DNA of 64,000 nucleotides from the human T2T-CHM13v2.0 reference genome, Homo sapiens, in the NCBI RefSeq assembly GCF_009914755.1, contig NC_060934.1; one strand, given 5' to 3'. Below the pieces are notes generated by a model. The model was not told the origin of the DNA. It was given only the letters and a program-made list of their open reading frames with translations, and searched no databases. Both the position numbers and the translations under genes were made by a program. How positions within the stretch are numbered: the first letter of the stretch is position 1; every line of letters starts with the position of its first letter. Positions 26,133-40,089 of this stretch are shown here, piece after piece.

Positions 26133-27814
26133 GTTGTCATATGTATTACATTTACTTGTGTTATAACTTCCACAATACATGTTTTATTTTTTGCTTAAAA
26201 CAGGTGCATATACTTTAAAGAAATTAAGAAAAATAGTTTTTCATGTTACCCAATATTTACTCCTTCTGACGCTCTTCATCCTTTCCTGAAGTTCCAAATT
26301 TCCCTTTACCCTCAGAATTTCCTTTAGCATTTCTCATAGCTCAACTGCTGGTAATGAGTTGTTTTAGTTTCTGTTTATCAGAAGATGTGTTTATTTTACC
26401 TTCATTCTTGAAAGGTATTTTTCTGGATATAGAATTCTGGTTGACAGTTGCCTCTTTTCTGTACTTTAAAGATATCTTCCCACTGTCTTTTGGCCTCCAC
26501 ATTTTCTGCTGTCTGGAGTAATCTGTATTATTTCTTTCTGTTTGATGTGTCACTGAAGTCAGGCTGCTTTCAATTTTTCTTTATCTTTGTTTCCCATTAG
26601 TTTGACTGTAAGGTGCCCTTGTGATTTTTCTTTGTATTTATTCCTCCTGAAATTTGCTGAGCTTGTAGGTGTAAACTTAACATTTATCACCACATTTGGA
26701 AAAAAACCTGGCCATTATTACTGCACATTTTTCTCCTGCCCCATTCTTTCTACCTGCTCCTTCTGAGAATTCAATCAAGTGATATTACGTATTTGACAGT
26801 GTCCTGCAGATCTCTGTATCTCTGTTCACTTAACGATCTTTTTGTTCTTCTGATTCCATCATTTTTTTGCTCTATTTTCAGGGCAACTTTTGTCATATTC
26901 AATCTGATGTTAATCCCATTTTAAGAAACTAGTTTTTTTTAGTTATACTATTTCTCCTTGATTCTTTTTTTTATAGTTCTATTCCTCAGCTGAGATTTCT
27001 TGCTTTTGTTTATTCATATGAGGATATTTTCCATTATGCTTTTGGGCATAGTTACAAAAGCTGCTTTAAAGTCCTTGTTTGATAATTTTTATATTGGGTT
27101 CATCTTGCAAAGGCCTTTCTTGATTGCCTTTTCTTTTGGATATGAACTCCATTTTCCTGTTTCTTCACATGTCTAGCAATTTTGTGTGTGTCCTGGACAT
27201 TTTAAACGATACATTTTAAAGACTTTGAATGTTGTTATAACCTTCTGAAGTACATGGACATTTTTTGCTTTAGCAGACCTTTAACTTGATTAACTCTAAC
27301 TTCAAACTCTAGGTCCCCTGTGGTTGTTGGCTTAGCTGGACTTCTTGGAGTCTTCCTCATGCTACCATAATTCAAGTTAGTCAGCATAGCTTATTTATAG
27401 ACTTGAGGCTCCTCTTCTCTGGCTGTTTTATTTCTCAGATTTTTCTTCTCATTCTTTAGCTTCTGTGGACAAATTCTGTCCCGTGGATCTTCGAGCTAGT
27501 GAAACTAGGGGTTTCAATCCAAGTTTCAGTTGCTCTACCTCTCACTGCCTTCAGGTGGAGAGCTATAACAATGGAAAACTCACCCATTGTTGCTTCTTTT
27601 TTCCAGGTGTTGATTCTCTTTCAGTTTCTGCCCGCTTTTGGTTCCTCTCCACTTCCTTCAGAAAATTGTTTTATATATTTTGTTGGGCTTACATGTGGTA
27701 TCTGAAGGAGTTTATACCAATGTGAACTACTCATTACCAGAGACCCTCCCCATATACTTTTCACACACATAATTTATCCTTTTCTCTGTTAATGTCTAGT
27801 TAGTACACACACAG

Positions 27815-27816
<2 letters not shown>

Positions 27817-27853
<37 letters not shown>
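27817..27853 (+). repeat. (CA)n microsatellite
   Basis: Directly visible. Confidence 0.95.
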
Positions 27854-27856
<3 letters not shown>

Positions 27857-28192
27857 TTAGCTTGCTTTTATTAATTGATTTTATATATATTTTATTAATC
27901 TTATATTTTATATTAATCTTATCTTTTATTAATCTTATGTATGTATCTTTTGTTCATCTTAGCTTGCTTTTATTAATTGCTTATATATAAAATCTTAGCT
28001 TGCTTTTATTAATTAACCGTAGCTTGCTTTTATTGTCCTGCCTCCCCATCCCATCATGTTTTCATGTTGGCATGATTTGAGATTTTTCCAAATATGATTA
28101 ATTTTTATACATTTCATTATGCACAATAGTTATTTGTATTTAACCATATATTAAACAACACCATGTTTTGAATTCCTCATATACTCCTTGCT

Positions 28193-28503
28193 TATTTATT
28201 TATTTTTTTTTTGAGATGGGGTATCGCTCTGTTCCCAGGCTGGAGAGCAGTGGTGCAATCATGGCTGCTTACTGCAGCCTCAAACTCCTGGGCTCAAGTG
28301 ATCCTCCTGCCTCAGCCTCCTGAGTAACTGGGACTACAGGCACGTGCCGCCATACCTGGCTAATGTTATTTTTATTTTTTATCTTTTAGAGACAGAGTCT
28401 TGCTATGTTGCCCAGGCTATTCTTGAAATCCTGGTCTCAAGCAATCCTCCTGCCTCAGCCTCCTGAGTAGCTGTGATTACAGGTGTGAGCCACCATGCCT
28501 GGC
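28193..28503 (-). mobile_element. AluJ
   Basis: Dimeric Alu with J diagnostics (ctgggctcaagtgatcctcc); TSD tccttgct[t/c]at at 28185 and 28504. Confidence 0.9.
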
Positions 28504-28529
28504 TCCTTGCTCATGTTGCTTTTGTTTCT

Positions 28530-29380
28530 GCTGAAATGATTATTTCAGAGACTAAGAGAATATAAATGTGATAACGTTTATGACTTTCTAAATGTCAGAC
28601 AAAATATTTATTTTGTCCTCCCAGGTGAATGTAATTTGAGTAGATATGAGACTGTAGGTAAAAAATTATTTTCTCTCAGAAATGTAAGATATTGCTTTGT
28701 TTTTTCTATCAGTATGTTATTTTCAAGTCTGATTCCATTTTTTCTTGTTTTTTGGTAGATAATTTTTTTTCATACCTGAAAGCTTCTAGGATTTTTCATT
28801 CTATCCTCAGTTTTATGAAGTTTTGTATGATGTGTTTAGTTTAAAGTCATCTTATTTTTCTACAAACTTAGTGGGTCCTATCAATATGCAAGATCAGCTC
28901 TACAAATTTTATTTCTATTAAAATACAATTTATTTTGTATTGTGCATAATGAATATTAAAATACAATTTATTTTCACTGCTGTCCTTTCATTCTTTCCAT
29001 CTAAAAATTCTATTAGATAAAATCTGGAACAACAATCCTACTAGATGAAATCAGCAAAAGCAGCAACCTGTTTTCTGTCCTATTTTGAGCTCATAATCAT
29101 TTTACACTGGATTCTGCACAAATATCTCCTCTCAGTTTTCTAAGTGATTAACTTGCTCTTCATCTCTTTCACATTGTTTTTTGGTCTACATATTAATTAT
29201 TTTTGTGGCCAAAATTTTGATTCCCAATATTTCTATTTTTTTTTTTTTTTTGCAAATTTTAATTATACAAATTCTAAAATGTTTTTCTTTTGCCTTAGTT
29301 TTAGTTCTTGTGTTTGAGATTGGCACCTCTCAAACATCTGACAATCCTTAACTGTCTCTTTTCCTTTATATTCAAGACTC
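28530..29380 (-). mobile_element. Old L1ME/HAL1-type fragment
   Basis: atgtcagacaaaatattttattttg...aaaaattattttctctcagaa...caagtctgattcc. Confidence 0.45.
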
Positions 29381-30719
29381 TATGTGCACCTGCCTATTCT
29401 TTTAAAATGTGACTTGGGCATGGGATTTGGGAGACAGCACTCTGCTAATGCCTTATCTCAGCATTGAAATAAAGAAGCTGTGTTGTAAACTTGAATTATG
29501 TCTTTGACATAAAACTTAAAAGACCTTGAAAGTAGACATGTGAAATACTACGGTACAAATGGATTCTAGAAAGTATGTGTCTTTGAAAATATCTGAAAAC
29601 ATTGTCTTATACTCATGTTGGGAAAACGGCACGGAAATGAAGTTCCCTGAAACTGGGATAGTCAAAGACCAGGATGGACTTTCAGGAAGAAAAGCTCTGG
29701 CACTTGGCCAATGGCCTTTCTTATTTAGGATACTCTCATATCCAATTTGTATATGACATTGAATTCCCCAACCCAGGAATGTAGCAGGCTTCATTGGCAT
29801 AATTGAGCAGAGCTGAGCATAGTTAACGGGGATCTGAGGATGCAATCGTCTCCACTTTCTGCCCTGGCATTATCCTTGTCTCTCAAGACCTAAGAGACAA
29901 TGGGAATGAAATGGATGTTATGGCTGAGCATTGCAAATTGTGGTCCTATCTGAACGGCATTATTTCTGTTGGCCCAGTTTCTCAGAGCATACTGCTGGGC
30001 CTACTTTCTGTGCTCACTTATTCTGCTGGGACTGCAGACCCTTAAGAGTACAAAAAGAACATAGGCAGTATTAGGAGCGTGAAAAGCCATTCACCACATT
30101 GATGCTTCTCTCTTGTAATACAGTGTTTCCCCCAGGATAGCATCTAATTGCTATTTGAACGAACCCACTGTCTTTACCTCACCAGCCTTGCCCAGTAGGC
30201 CATTGCAAACATTTATTATTCTTTGAGTGGCAAAGCTCTTTCCATCTGTCTCTTCTGAATTTTTTTTTTTGAACTTCTACTTCTGCCTCCACTCCTGTCA
30301 TTGACGTAATATCAAAAGTAGCAGCAACATGCAATTGATATTATCTACTCTGCTAAAGAGCTTGTGTACCTCACTAACATCTCCTTCAATGTCTTTTTTG
30401 AAGTTAGAGAGATGGAGGATTTTTTTCTTAACTTTTAAGGAACTTGTACAATTTTCTCAGGAAATCAGCATGAGAGAAAATATTTGCTAACATCTGACTT
30501 CCCTTCAATGAAACCCACCTACTCTGGAAAAACTGCCGGAATAACACATTTCCAGAAGGTTCTTTTTGGAGACAAAATGATTGTCTTATTTCCTTGACTA
30601 TTTCTTAATGCACTCAGAGGAAAGGAAGAACAATGTCAAGAATGTATTTTGATGATTCAAAGAAAGAGCCGAGGCAAGAGCAAGGGCGTCTTGAGAAATA
30701 ATATTTCCACCTTATCAAG

Positions 30720-30900
30720 CTAGTTACCATTATACGGCATAACCGTGATAGGCCAGGCTCTGTACTACAGCATCGAAGAACCTCATAATAATCCTACAAA
30801 GTAGGTCTTATTGTCATCATTTTGTTTTTATAGCTGAGGAATCTAAGGCCACACAGGTAGACAGAGGTAATAACAACGATGGTGGCTACCGCATACCGGG
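30720..30900 (-). mobile_element. MIR SINE
   Basis: cctcataataatcctacaaagtaggt...tatagctgaggaatctaaggc. Confidence 0.65.
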
Positions 30901-31308
30901 CATTCACAACATGCCTCACATCTGCTTAGCTCTGTTTGTGGGGATTTTACTGAATCCTTACGACTAGTCATGTGGTGGTAGCCAATGTTACCCAGAGCTT
31001 TCTGACTCTGATACCCTATGTTTACCATTTTCCCATGATTGCATTGACAATGATTAAGTCCTTGTGCATGAGCTTTCTTCATTGCCTCATTCCCACAGAC
31101 TCCCTCCATCTTTCTCACACTCCAGTGCACTGAGGGGCTGAGTGCACTGAAATGAAAGGCCCTGTCATTTCAGAGGGCCTTGCTGTCCATTGCCTCACTA
31201 AGTCAGAGGGGTTGCTCAAATATCAATCCCTAGCTCTTGGTTTTTTATGATTGATTGATTGATTTGAGATGGAGTTTGCTCAAATATCAATCCCTAGCTC
31301 TTGGTTTT

Positions 31309-31617
<309 letters not shown>

Positions 31618-31659
31618 AGCTCTTGGTTTTCTAAAATCCCCCAATGTCCATCATGGTGG

Positions 31660-32103
31660 CTACCTCCTTCTCTCAGGGCAGGACACATGATCCTTGCTGG
31701 CCAATTGGAGTCTCCCTTCTCCTTTGTCTCCGTGACTAGTTCAGGGATGGGCATATGACTGCACGTTAATCAGAATCCACTCAGGACTTTTCTTTAAAGC
31801 CAACAGGAGAATGATTTTTTCCCCCTAGAGTTTTACAGGTTGGGTCAATGTGGATACAGGGCGGGTAGTTACCATCTTCCTTGCCACATAGAGAAAGTCT
31901 GTCTGCAGATTAAAATCAACACACAGAGAAAGGCAGAGCTAAAAGATGGAGAAAGAGGCAAAGATTTAATGGTATCTTTTAAGCTTTTGGCTCCAGCTGT
32001 CTCTAAAAACAGTTCTACCCATGGACTTTCTAGTTATGACAGAAAGTGAAGCCTCCCTTCTTACTCAGGCTGGTTTGATTAGCCTTTCTGTCACTTGCAA
32101 CCA
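31660..32103 (+). mobile_element. Old MaLR LTR (MLT1J/K/L-like)
   Basis: ttcagggatgggcatatgac...aggcagagctaaaagatggag...ggactttctagttatg...ttctgtcacttgcaacc. Confidence 0.7.
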
Positions 32104-32282
32104 GTAAACTGGTTCTCTGTGTGCGTGAATCCTTGATTTTTAGTGTTTGCCAATTACTGCGGTGTAATTAGTGCCCACCATGGCAGATTTCAAGCTGCTA
32201 AGATTTAACAACCAGTTTGCAAATTTCTAAATATGTAACAATTGGCTGTTGAAAGCAGGTAGCAGCCAGCTCCAATACCATT
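32104..32282 (-). mobile_element. MER63-like hAT (Blackjack) DNA transposon remnant
   Basis: tgtttgccaattactgcggtgtaattagtgcccaccatggcagatttcaagct...ttaacaaccagtttgc...ccagctcca. Confidence 0.65.
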
Positions 32283-32849
32283 TCCCACGGGGACACTGAC
32301 ATGAGAGAAGTGGTCATTGGACACTTGACTGGCCTGTTTTTGCCCTTCTGGATGCCAGAAAGTTCTCAGACCTCCACAGATACTCCTGGGTGAGGAGGGA
32401 GAAATGCTTAATAACCCCAACTGGCACACTTTCAGTTCAAGGAATTAAAAGGCCTATGATTGCATTTTTCAAAGCATGGTTTGTGGCTGTCTCCCTCATC
32501 AGGACTACCTGCTAGCCCAGAGTCTTCCTGAGGATGCCTGTGTATCATGTGTCCCTGTTGATAGATGCACTCCATAATCGGAGCATTGCCATTCTCTGTG
32601 GTTTGGTGCGTGTGTTGCGTGCTTAAAGAGGGATGGAGCATTGCTTCATCTTGCCTGTGACTTGAATATAGGTCTTAAAGGGACCTCTGCCTTTCTCGAG
32701 GTCCAGGATTCAGGGGAGAAAAGGGCCAAGGAAGATGCAAGGAGAATGTGGAGGACTTTTCGTAGATTAATTAGTCTTCTCTCTCCTCTCATGCCCCACC
32801 CTCAACCTTGACCTCTGCTGCCTGGTGTTTTCCTCCTGGCTTGCTTTTC

Positions 32850-32985
32850 TTTAACCTGAGGCTCAGTTTCCACATCTATGAAATGGGGATAGAAATACTT
32901 AGCTCATAGGGTTATGGAAAGGACAGCATCACATCCAGCACCTAGCACCCTGCAGGCACTCATTGCCCATTATTTTGCCCTTACC
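32850..32985 (+). mobile_element. MIR SINE
   Basis: ctcagtttccacatctatgaaatggggatag. Confidence 0.7.
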
Positions 32986-35900
32986 TGCCCTTTTGCTGTC
33001 ACTTTGACTTGCTGACAGAGCCCCAGTGGGCCTAAGACCTGGGATGGGCTTTTCAGTCCATATCCAGGTGTCTAGGAGATGCACTTCCTGAGGTGTTATT
33101 TCTGGGTTCTTTTGTAGCGACGTCATCTTAGTGACCTACTTCCTGAGGCGGTTTCCTTGGGTGCCACAGATGGTGAGGAAGGAGAATTGCGGCTGACAGA
33201 GCCAGGGATGGTCCCAGCACCCTCTCCCTCCTAACTGCAGCAGGATCCCACTTTCACCAGGGCCGTGACTCACCCTGGATTAATTGCACTGCAATTATCC
33301 TGGGGAGCCTGAGTTTCCTCTTGATGTCTCCTGTCTGGTTTCCTTTTGACCTGCACAGCTGTCTAATAGAGATGGCTTTTGCGATTTCTTAGTTAATGTG
33401 GTTCATTATTTCTAGCTCTGCCTTCTGCCTTCAGTGGCTGGAGGTTTTTCCAAATCTGAATTGGAGACTTTCATGAGTTGTGTCTTCAATCAGGGCTTGA
33501 TGCTGCCTGCATTGTCTGTGGGAGAAATTTCATTTGCAAACCAGAAGTTCACAGAGCATGTCGCGGTGTGGCTTCACAAGTCGGCGTTTTCATCTTCCCT
33601 GCCTCTCTCCCCAGTCACCTCCACGTGCCTCGACTGAGAAAGAAAAAGTCCCTCTCTCCCAGACTTCCGCAAGAGCCACATAGAGCAGTAGGCAGGAATT
33701 TGTTTGCTTCTTAGCCATGCTAATTATCTGCAGAGGGCTGCAGAACGAGCGATGTCTGTTCTCTCGGCATCTTGCCTCACGCTGGGTCATGCCACAGAGA
33801 CCCAGACATCTGGAGCCCCAGAAGCTTCTGATGTCAAATGTCTTTAGGAAATTACAAAAATCAAACCAACTCACCTAAAACTTTCTATTCCCCACAGAAC
33901 TTGGCACAACCTTGCATAGCTTGGGGAAGTTTCTGTGGCTCACACTGATCCTTTATATGCGGAAGCCAAAGATAGTCCTGAGCAGTAAGAAGTTTCTTCA
34001 GTAACTACTTCGCAGGGTCAACCAGCCAGTTTTTTATGGAATATCGAACACCTTTAATTCTCTATCAGGAGCGGAGGTCATTTAGAAGGAGGGTGAAAAC
34101 TTCTATTATCTGGAGGCTTATGATCATGGTCCAGCGTGAGAACCGGCCTCAAGCTAGAGAAAGAGAACCTCCTCGGGGAGTAAGGGCAAGTGACAGTGGG
34201 GACCCGAGGACCCAAGGAGGGAGGACCCCCGATGCTGCAACCTGAGAGGGGGAGGCCACACATTTCCACACAAGAGCCAAGATGTGTTTGAGAGGAGACA
34301 AGGAAGAGGTGGATGAAGCCTGCAGAGAGAAATAGGAAGAGTGTCAATGATAAGAAGCAGTTACAGGGGCTGTTGAGGGATTAGATTTGATGATAGTAAG
34401 CAAAGGACTGACTCCCAAAGAGGAGAGGTAGAAGTTAGCGAAGAAGTAGGAGATGTGGGATTGCTCTGTGGTAAGAAACACAGAAACCCTTGCACGTCTC
34501 AGCAGTGTTGGACATACTGACTTAACCCCCTCTAGACTCTGCTATGTGTCAGGGCTCAAGGTTGGGGGGTGTTGTGGTACAATAGTCAGAACCAATTTAT
34601 CTGAGGATATCTGTGTGCCATCCTCAAAGAGTTAAACTCTCAGCTACCCAGGAAATTCCTGTGATCTAGAACAATCCATTTTCAAATGAGGATAAATAGT
34701 TAAGCTTTACTTCTGAAGACATGATTCTCATCTTCAAGGAGCTCCCATTCAATTAAAGAGATAAGCACTAATAAAGACTACGAAATTTCTTATTAGGGAT
34801 AATAATTGAACACCTACTACATGTTCAGTCCTGTGTTGGATGCTTTATTTACAGTATCAATAATTTTCAGAAAACTTCAAAAGGTGGGTATTGAGTTGGC
34901 TGTGGGGGTTCAGAGAAGGAAGTGATTATAGATGGATGGATAGTCTCAAAGGATTTCCTTATGGGGAAGGAACTTGAGTGGGATCTGAGGATGAAGAAGA
35001 CTTGGAAAATGGTGGGCATATTTGGAGGTTCATGGTAACTCTTAAATTGTCCTTCCATACACCGGTTCTCCTCCAAAGTGGGAAGAAATGTATTCCACTC
35101 TCCACTGTGTTTTTCAGCCACCATCTAACTGGGTGATTTCTGTGAGTCCTTCCTATACACATCAGTTAACTGCATTTCTCTGGCGTGGTGAGGGAAAAGG
35201 AAATGATAAGGGCTGCAGAAATGTTCCTGTTGGCAAGGCATCAGGAAGCAGGAAGAGAACATCCTTGCACTTGGGGATCTTTGAGTCTTCAGAGTCGTGG
35301 ATTGAGGTCCAAGTTGATGACAACTCTTGGAAAACCCTCGTACTAGAGATTAGGGTGAGATGGCTGGCCATGTTGGTCTCAGTCTATGACATCCAACACT
35401 TCTAGCCCAAGACTTAGGAGGTGAAGGGAATGAGTCATGACTGTACATCTACTACTTACGTTTTCAAGATGAGGATGTCCTTTGTTTCTACGGACAGACA
35501 CCCTCTAGGAACCCTTGAATTTCATCTTTGTATTCTGCAGTCAATATCGCCAAGTGTCTCTTGAACTTGCTAACAAGAAGAGACCAGAGGTGAGTTGACA
35601 CTGCCATTCTCTTCTTTTCTGAAGAAATAAATAAATAGAAGTTATTCGAGCTACGTCTCTTCAGCCTAGTTCCCTGCAGGACAAGATGCACTGAGATGCC
35701 TAGGATGGTTAATATAGATGTTTAGACTCTCCAGGCAATGACCCTTTTAGCCATAGAGCCTGAGTGTGGCCAACTCAGGTGGAAAACACTCATAGGGCGC
35801 ACTCAGCTGTGTGCTGGACTGAGTGAGGAGGCAATCATGATTTGGAGTCCTTGCTCCCAGGCCCCGCAGAGTCGAGAGGGAGGGGTAAAGATGTACACAA

Positions 35901-36079
35901 TAGCTCAAATACAAAGCACGTGCCATGGTAGGGGGCTCAAATGAAGAGACAGTTATATCCAATTGGTATAAGTCAGTGGTTGGGGGCATGAAGTACAGCA
36001 TCAAAACAGGCTTTGAAGAAAGAGTAAACTTTGAGGTGACATTTGGACGATGGTAGGATTTTTATTGTTTATTTGCTCA

Positions 36080-36208
36080 CTTATTTTTTTAAAGAAATGA
36101 TATCTTGCTATGTTGCTTAGGCCAGCCTCGAACTCCTGGGGTCAGTGATCCTCCCAACTCAGTCTCTGAAGCAGCTGGGACTACAGGCATGTGCCATTGC
36201 ACCTGGCT
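36080..36208 (-). mobile_element. FLAM-type Alu monomer
   Basis: tcttgctatgttgcttagg...cgaactcctggg...gctgggactacaggcatgtgccattgcacctggc. Confidence 0.85.
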
Positions 36209-36229
36209 ATTCACTGTTTTATTTCTGAT

Positions 36230-36680
36230 ACTTTTAAATAATAAAAACAATACAGTTCATTATAGCAAATATAAGAAGCATAAAGAAGAAAATTAAAATA
36301 CTCATAATCCCAGCACCCAGAGAGAAAACACAAGTAACATTTTGATGTATTCTTCCAGATTTTTATTGATGTGTGTGTACACACACACACACACACACAC
36401 ACACATATGCACATACATCTGCACACATACACATATATATTTCACAAAATTGGGCTTATACTGAATAAATACTTTTGAAGTCTACTCACTTAGCAGAATA
36501 ATGGGTTTTCACATATCATTAAATATTCTTCAAAGACATGATTTATAAAGTTATGCATGATTGTCCAGTAAGTTAACTATTTTCCAATACGACATTCAAT
36601 TTGTTTCTATTTTCTCATAATAATGAATAATAATGAATAATGTTTTGCTTAGCTTTCTTATACATAAAGCAAATAGAAAA
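36230..36680 (-). mobile_element. Old L1 3'UTR fragment with (CA)n at ~36380-36405
   Basis: ctcataatcccagcacccagag...taacattttgatgtattcttccaga...ctactcacttagca. Confidence 0.55.
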
Positions 36681-36739
36681 GCTTTTTCTCTACAGAGATC
36701 GGAGTGCAGGTGGAGGTGGTGGGTAGAGGGCACTCCAGA

Positions 36740-37250
36740 AAGAGAACTCAGGGTGAGTGAGTGGGTGGGGACAGAAGGCACAGGGGGTGTGGGAAAAGCA
36801 AGCTGTGCTATCTGGCTGGAGAGTTGGTGCTTTTAGGGGAGCAGTGGGACAAAAACAGAGGCTGAGGCAGCTTGTAGAGGAGTGGGACTGGCTGAGTGAG
36901 AAGCACAGTATCACCTTTACTGAGAGGCAATGGGGAACCACTGATGGGCTTTGAACAGGTTAAGGACAGAATTAGAGAAGTGTTTAAGGCGGTGAATCTG
37001 AAAGTGGTGTGAGGGTGGAGTGGAGGAAGGAAGAGGGGGAGAAACTGGAGATGGGAGATGTGTTAGGACCCCTTAGTAGTGTCAAGGCAAGAGGTGGTGA
37101 GTGCCTGAACCCTGGCAAGGGCAGCCAGGATGGAAAGGAGGGGTGGTTGGAGGCCATGACTCTAAGACAGAAACTGGTTAGGAATGTGGCCAATGAAGAC
37201 AGAGGCATCAATAACCTTCTGACTCTGAGCCTTAATAAGTGGGAGAATGG
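36740..37250 (-). mobile_element. L2 fragment
   Basis: gaggcaatggggaaccactgatgggctttgaacagg...gtcaaggcaagaggtggtgagtgcctgaac. Confidence 0.65.
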
Positions 37251-39159
37251 AGAAGGCATAAAGAAATTGAGGCCCAGAAAACACAGTGACGTGTGCAAAC
37301 TCGTGACCGAGTTAGTTAGAGGTTAAACCAGGCTGGAAGCGAGGTGCCCAGTCTTCCGGTCAGGAAATCATGAACGGCAGATGTTAGAGTTCTCGTGTTA
37401 GATGCTAGATGCGGCACATCCTGGAGGATTAGATGTAGTGGATCCTGGAGCCTACGTCTGAAAGCGTATCAACCCAAGGAAAACTCCTGTCAGCTGTGAC
37501 TCTGGTCCTTAATGTTTATTGGAACATGGGCTGAGCACTGCCCGTGGATTAAGCAAAAGGGGCAAAAATAACAATAATAATAATAATAATAATAATTCAA
37601 CTTCTAACTTAGTTCTTCAGTAGGCCAGGTCAAATGAGCAGTCATGAAAGAGAAAAAGAGACAAAAAAAGAGAGTCTTGCTCGCCATTTCAAAGGAAGGG
37701 CCAGCAATGTGTGTTTTTGCATGGAAAACCTTCTTTGGCTCTCCAGCCAGAGCTGATCACTGATCCTTGGCGGCATCTCCTCTCGAGAGACGCTGGGTTA
37801 ATGGAGCACATGAGGCCGTCCTGGAAGGCAGTGAACGGTTTTTTCCATTGGGTGAACATCTCGTCATACATGTACGCATAGTTCCTTTTTATCTCACACT
37901 TAAATTGTGGTTTCCCTCCCATGATTGGTTTTTGCCACATCAAACAGTTTTCAACAGTTTCAAAAATCAAGACCGGTGTATAATAACAAAAATAAAACTA
38001 AGAAAAAGGAAAATAAAAAAACCCCTCACCTGATCTCTCCAGCATTTCACTGCTGCTTTGGAAATTGAGAGCTGTGCGTGGGATATTGGCAGCTAACAAC
38101 CATGGAAGTAAAAAATGATTTTTGATCTCAAGGCCTAATATTATTCATATTTTTTCATAGCCTCAAACAATGTCTTCAGATAATTCAGGTACAGGCAAGC
38201 CAGAAACAAAACAACATCATAAAGGCATTATTACATACAGACACTTTCAGCTATGCTACACGCCTCACAGTGTCTTTGAACCCCGTATGTGAGAGAACCA
38301 TCTCACACTCCAGGGAATACTCTTGGAGCTGTTTTTACTTCAACGAAGGGTAGCGAAACAAAATTCTTTGGCTTTAGATATGTGTTTGGCATTGGCTCTG
38401 TAGAGTTCTGCCTCTTCTTCTGTCTTTACCATCCATCAGGTCTATTTGAGAGGCCATGGGACGGGCTGAGATGTGCCCAGCTGTGCTCCCACCTGCGGTG
38501 CAGGGTCCTTAACCTTGGGTCCTGGAAGTTTGGGCCAGCCCTCCAAGTGGGTGGGGGTTATGGAACTGAGAACGGAAAGGCTTTCATCAAGAAGAATTTG
38601 GCAAGGGAGCCTTTCCCAGCCCTTGTTCCTCCCCAGATAACGCTGGCCAGCAGCATCAAATTGGATAAGGGCTGCAGACTGGGGTATGCTTAGAAAGGAC
38701 AGAAGAAGCAGGGAAAGGGAGAGGGAATTGTTCTCTTGGGAAGTCTTTCCCTCCTTTTTGAAACTATCTGCTCTCTGGTTTGAAAGTGCCAATAGCATCT
38801 CAGCCAAGGAATGAGTCTTCCTCTCCTCCTTGCCTCTTGTTTCCCTGTTAGCATTCTTCACCTAGAGAAGGGTCTTAGTGTCTTTACCAGCTTCGAATTC
38901 ATCTATGTTCTTAAGCTAGTTCTCCCAGCTGCCAGAACCTGGGGGGTGACGCCTGTCCTCACTTTTCACAGCATCAGCAACTGTGCCACTCATTTGGAAC
39001 CTATTGTATACTTCCTACAGTTGTTAGATTTAGATGGCTGGTGGGGTGGTATACACCCTGTTCTTTAAGTTGCCAGTCGCAGATGCTAAATTTGTTATCT
39101 CTTCTCTTCTCATTTCTCCACAGCATTTAAGTTTCTGGTGCAGGGTAGACATTTAGTTA

Positions 39160-39557
<398 letters not shown>

Positions 39558-40089
39558 TCAACAGTGTGAGTTCAGGTAGGCAAAATCGAAGGCATGAAAT
39601 CCCAGGAGTTTCCACCCTCCAGTGTTGTAGGAATTTCTGAGGACTTAACAGGACACAGCTTCTTTAGCTGACTTGTTTATCAAGGTCAGGGCAATGCTAT
39701 CTCCACCGAGAAGACTTGTGTTCTGTTGTGTCCCAAACCCAAAGAATTTACTCTGTGCCATTCAAAAGATAGTTGGCCCACACCATCTTGTATTCTAGAT
39801 TTGCTTGCTAGTCTTGCTTTCTTTAGTAAGCTCCAGGGAGACAAGGGCTGATTCTCACATGTCATTTACAAGTTCGTCCCACCATTATTCCTTGTGTATC
39901 AGACATGGCTCTATCATGTCATATGCCGGTAATCACAGTGGGTCGAATGAATTGACCTGATCTGCTTTTGTCTCGGAGAAGCTTGCCAGGGTTTTGTGAA
40001 AAGAGAAAATGATTCATCTAGAAAGTGTCCACAAACCCTTGAAAAAGCAAGAGAAACAAATGCTTGTGGTTTCCACCATTTCTGCCCCT

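Larger units (their letters stand above)
10005..27720 (-). mobile_element. Old L1ME-type host element, fragmented by nested L1M/L1MA, AluJ, MLT1D/MST, MER21 and MSTB insertions
   Basis: Antisense ORF2 (ttgctaacattttgttaaagatttttg...) stops at 10338 and resumes colinearly at 21768 (agattttctatttcttcttg), continuing through EN and ORF1 regions; whether the whole span is one element is inferred. Confidence 0.65.

Noticed and set aside
27854-28034. CRISPR-like repeat-spacer pattern
   Set aside because: Only 3-4 units, unequal spacers derived from the repeat, no cas genes, primate genomic context
37689-37970. 93-aa minus-strand ORF in unique DNA and nearby ctctcgagag palindrome
   Set aside because: No recognisable protein similarity; a 10-bp palindrome is expected by chance in 64 kb
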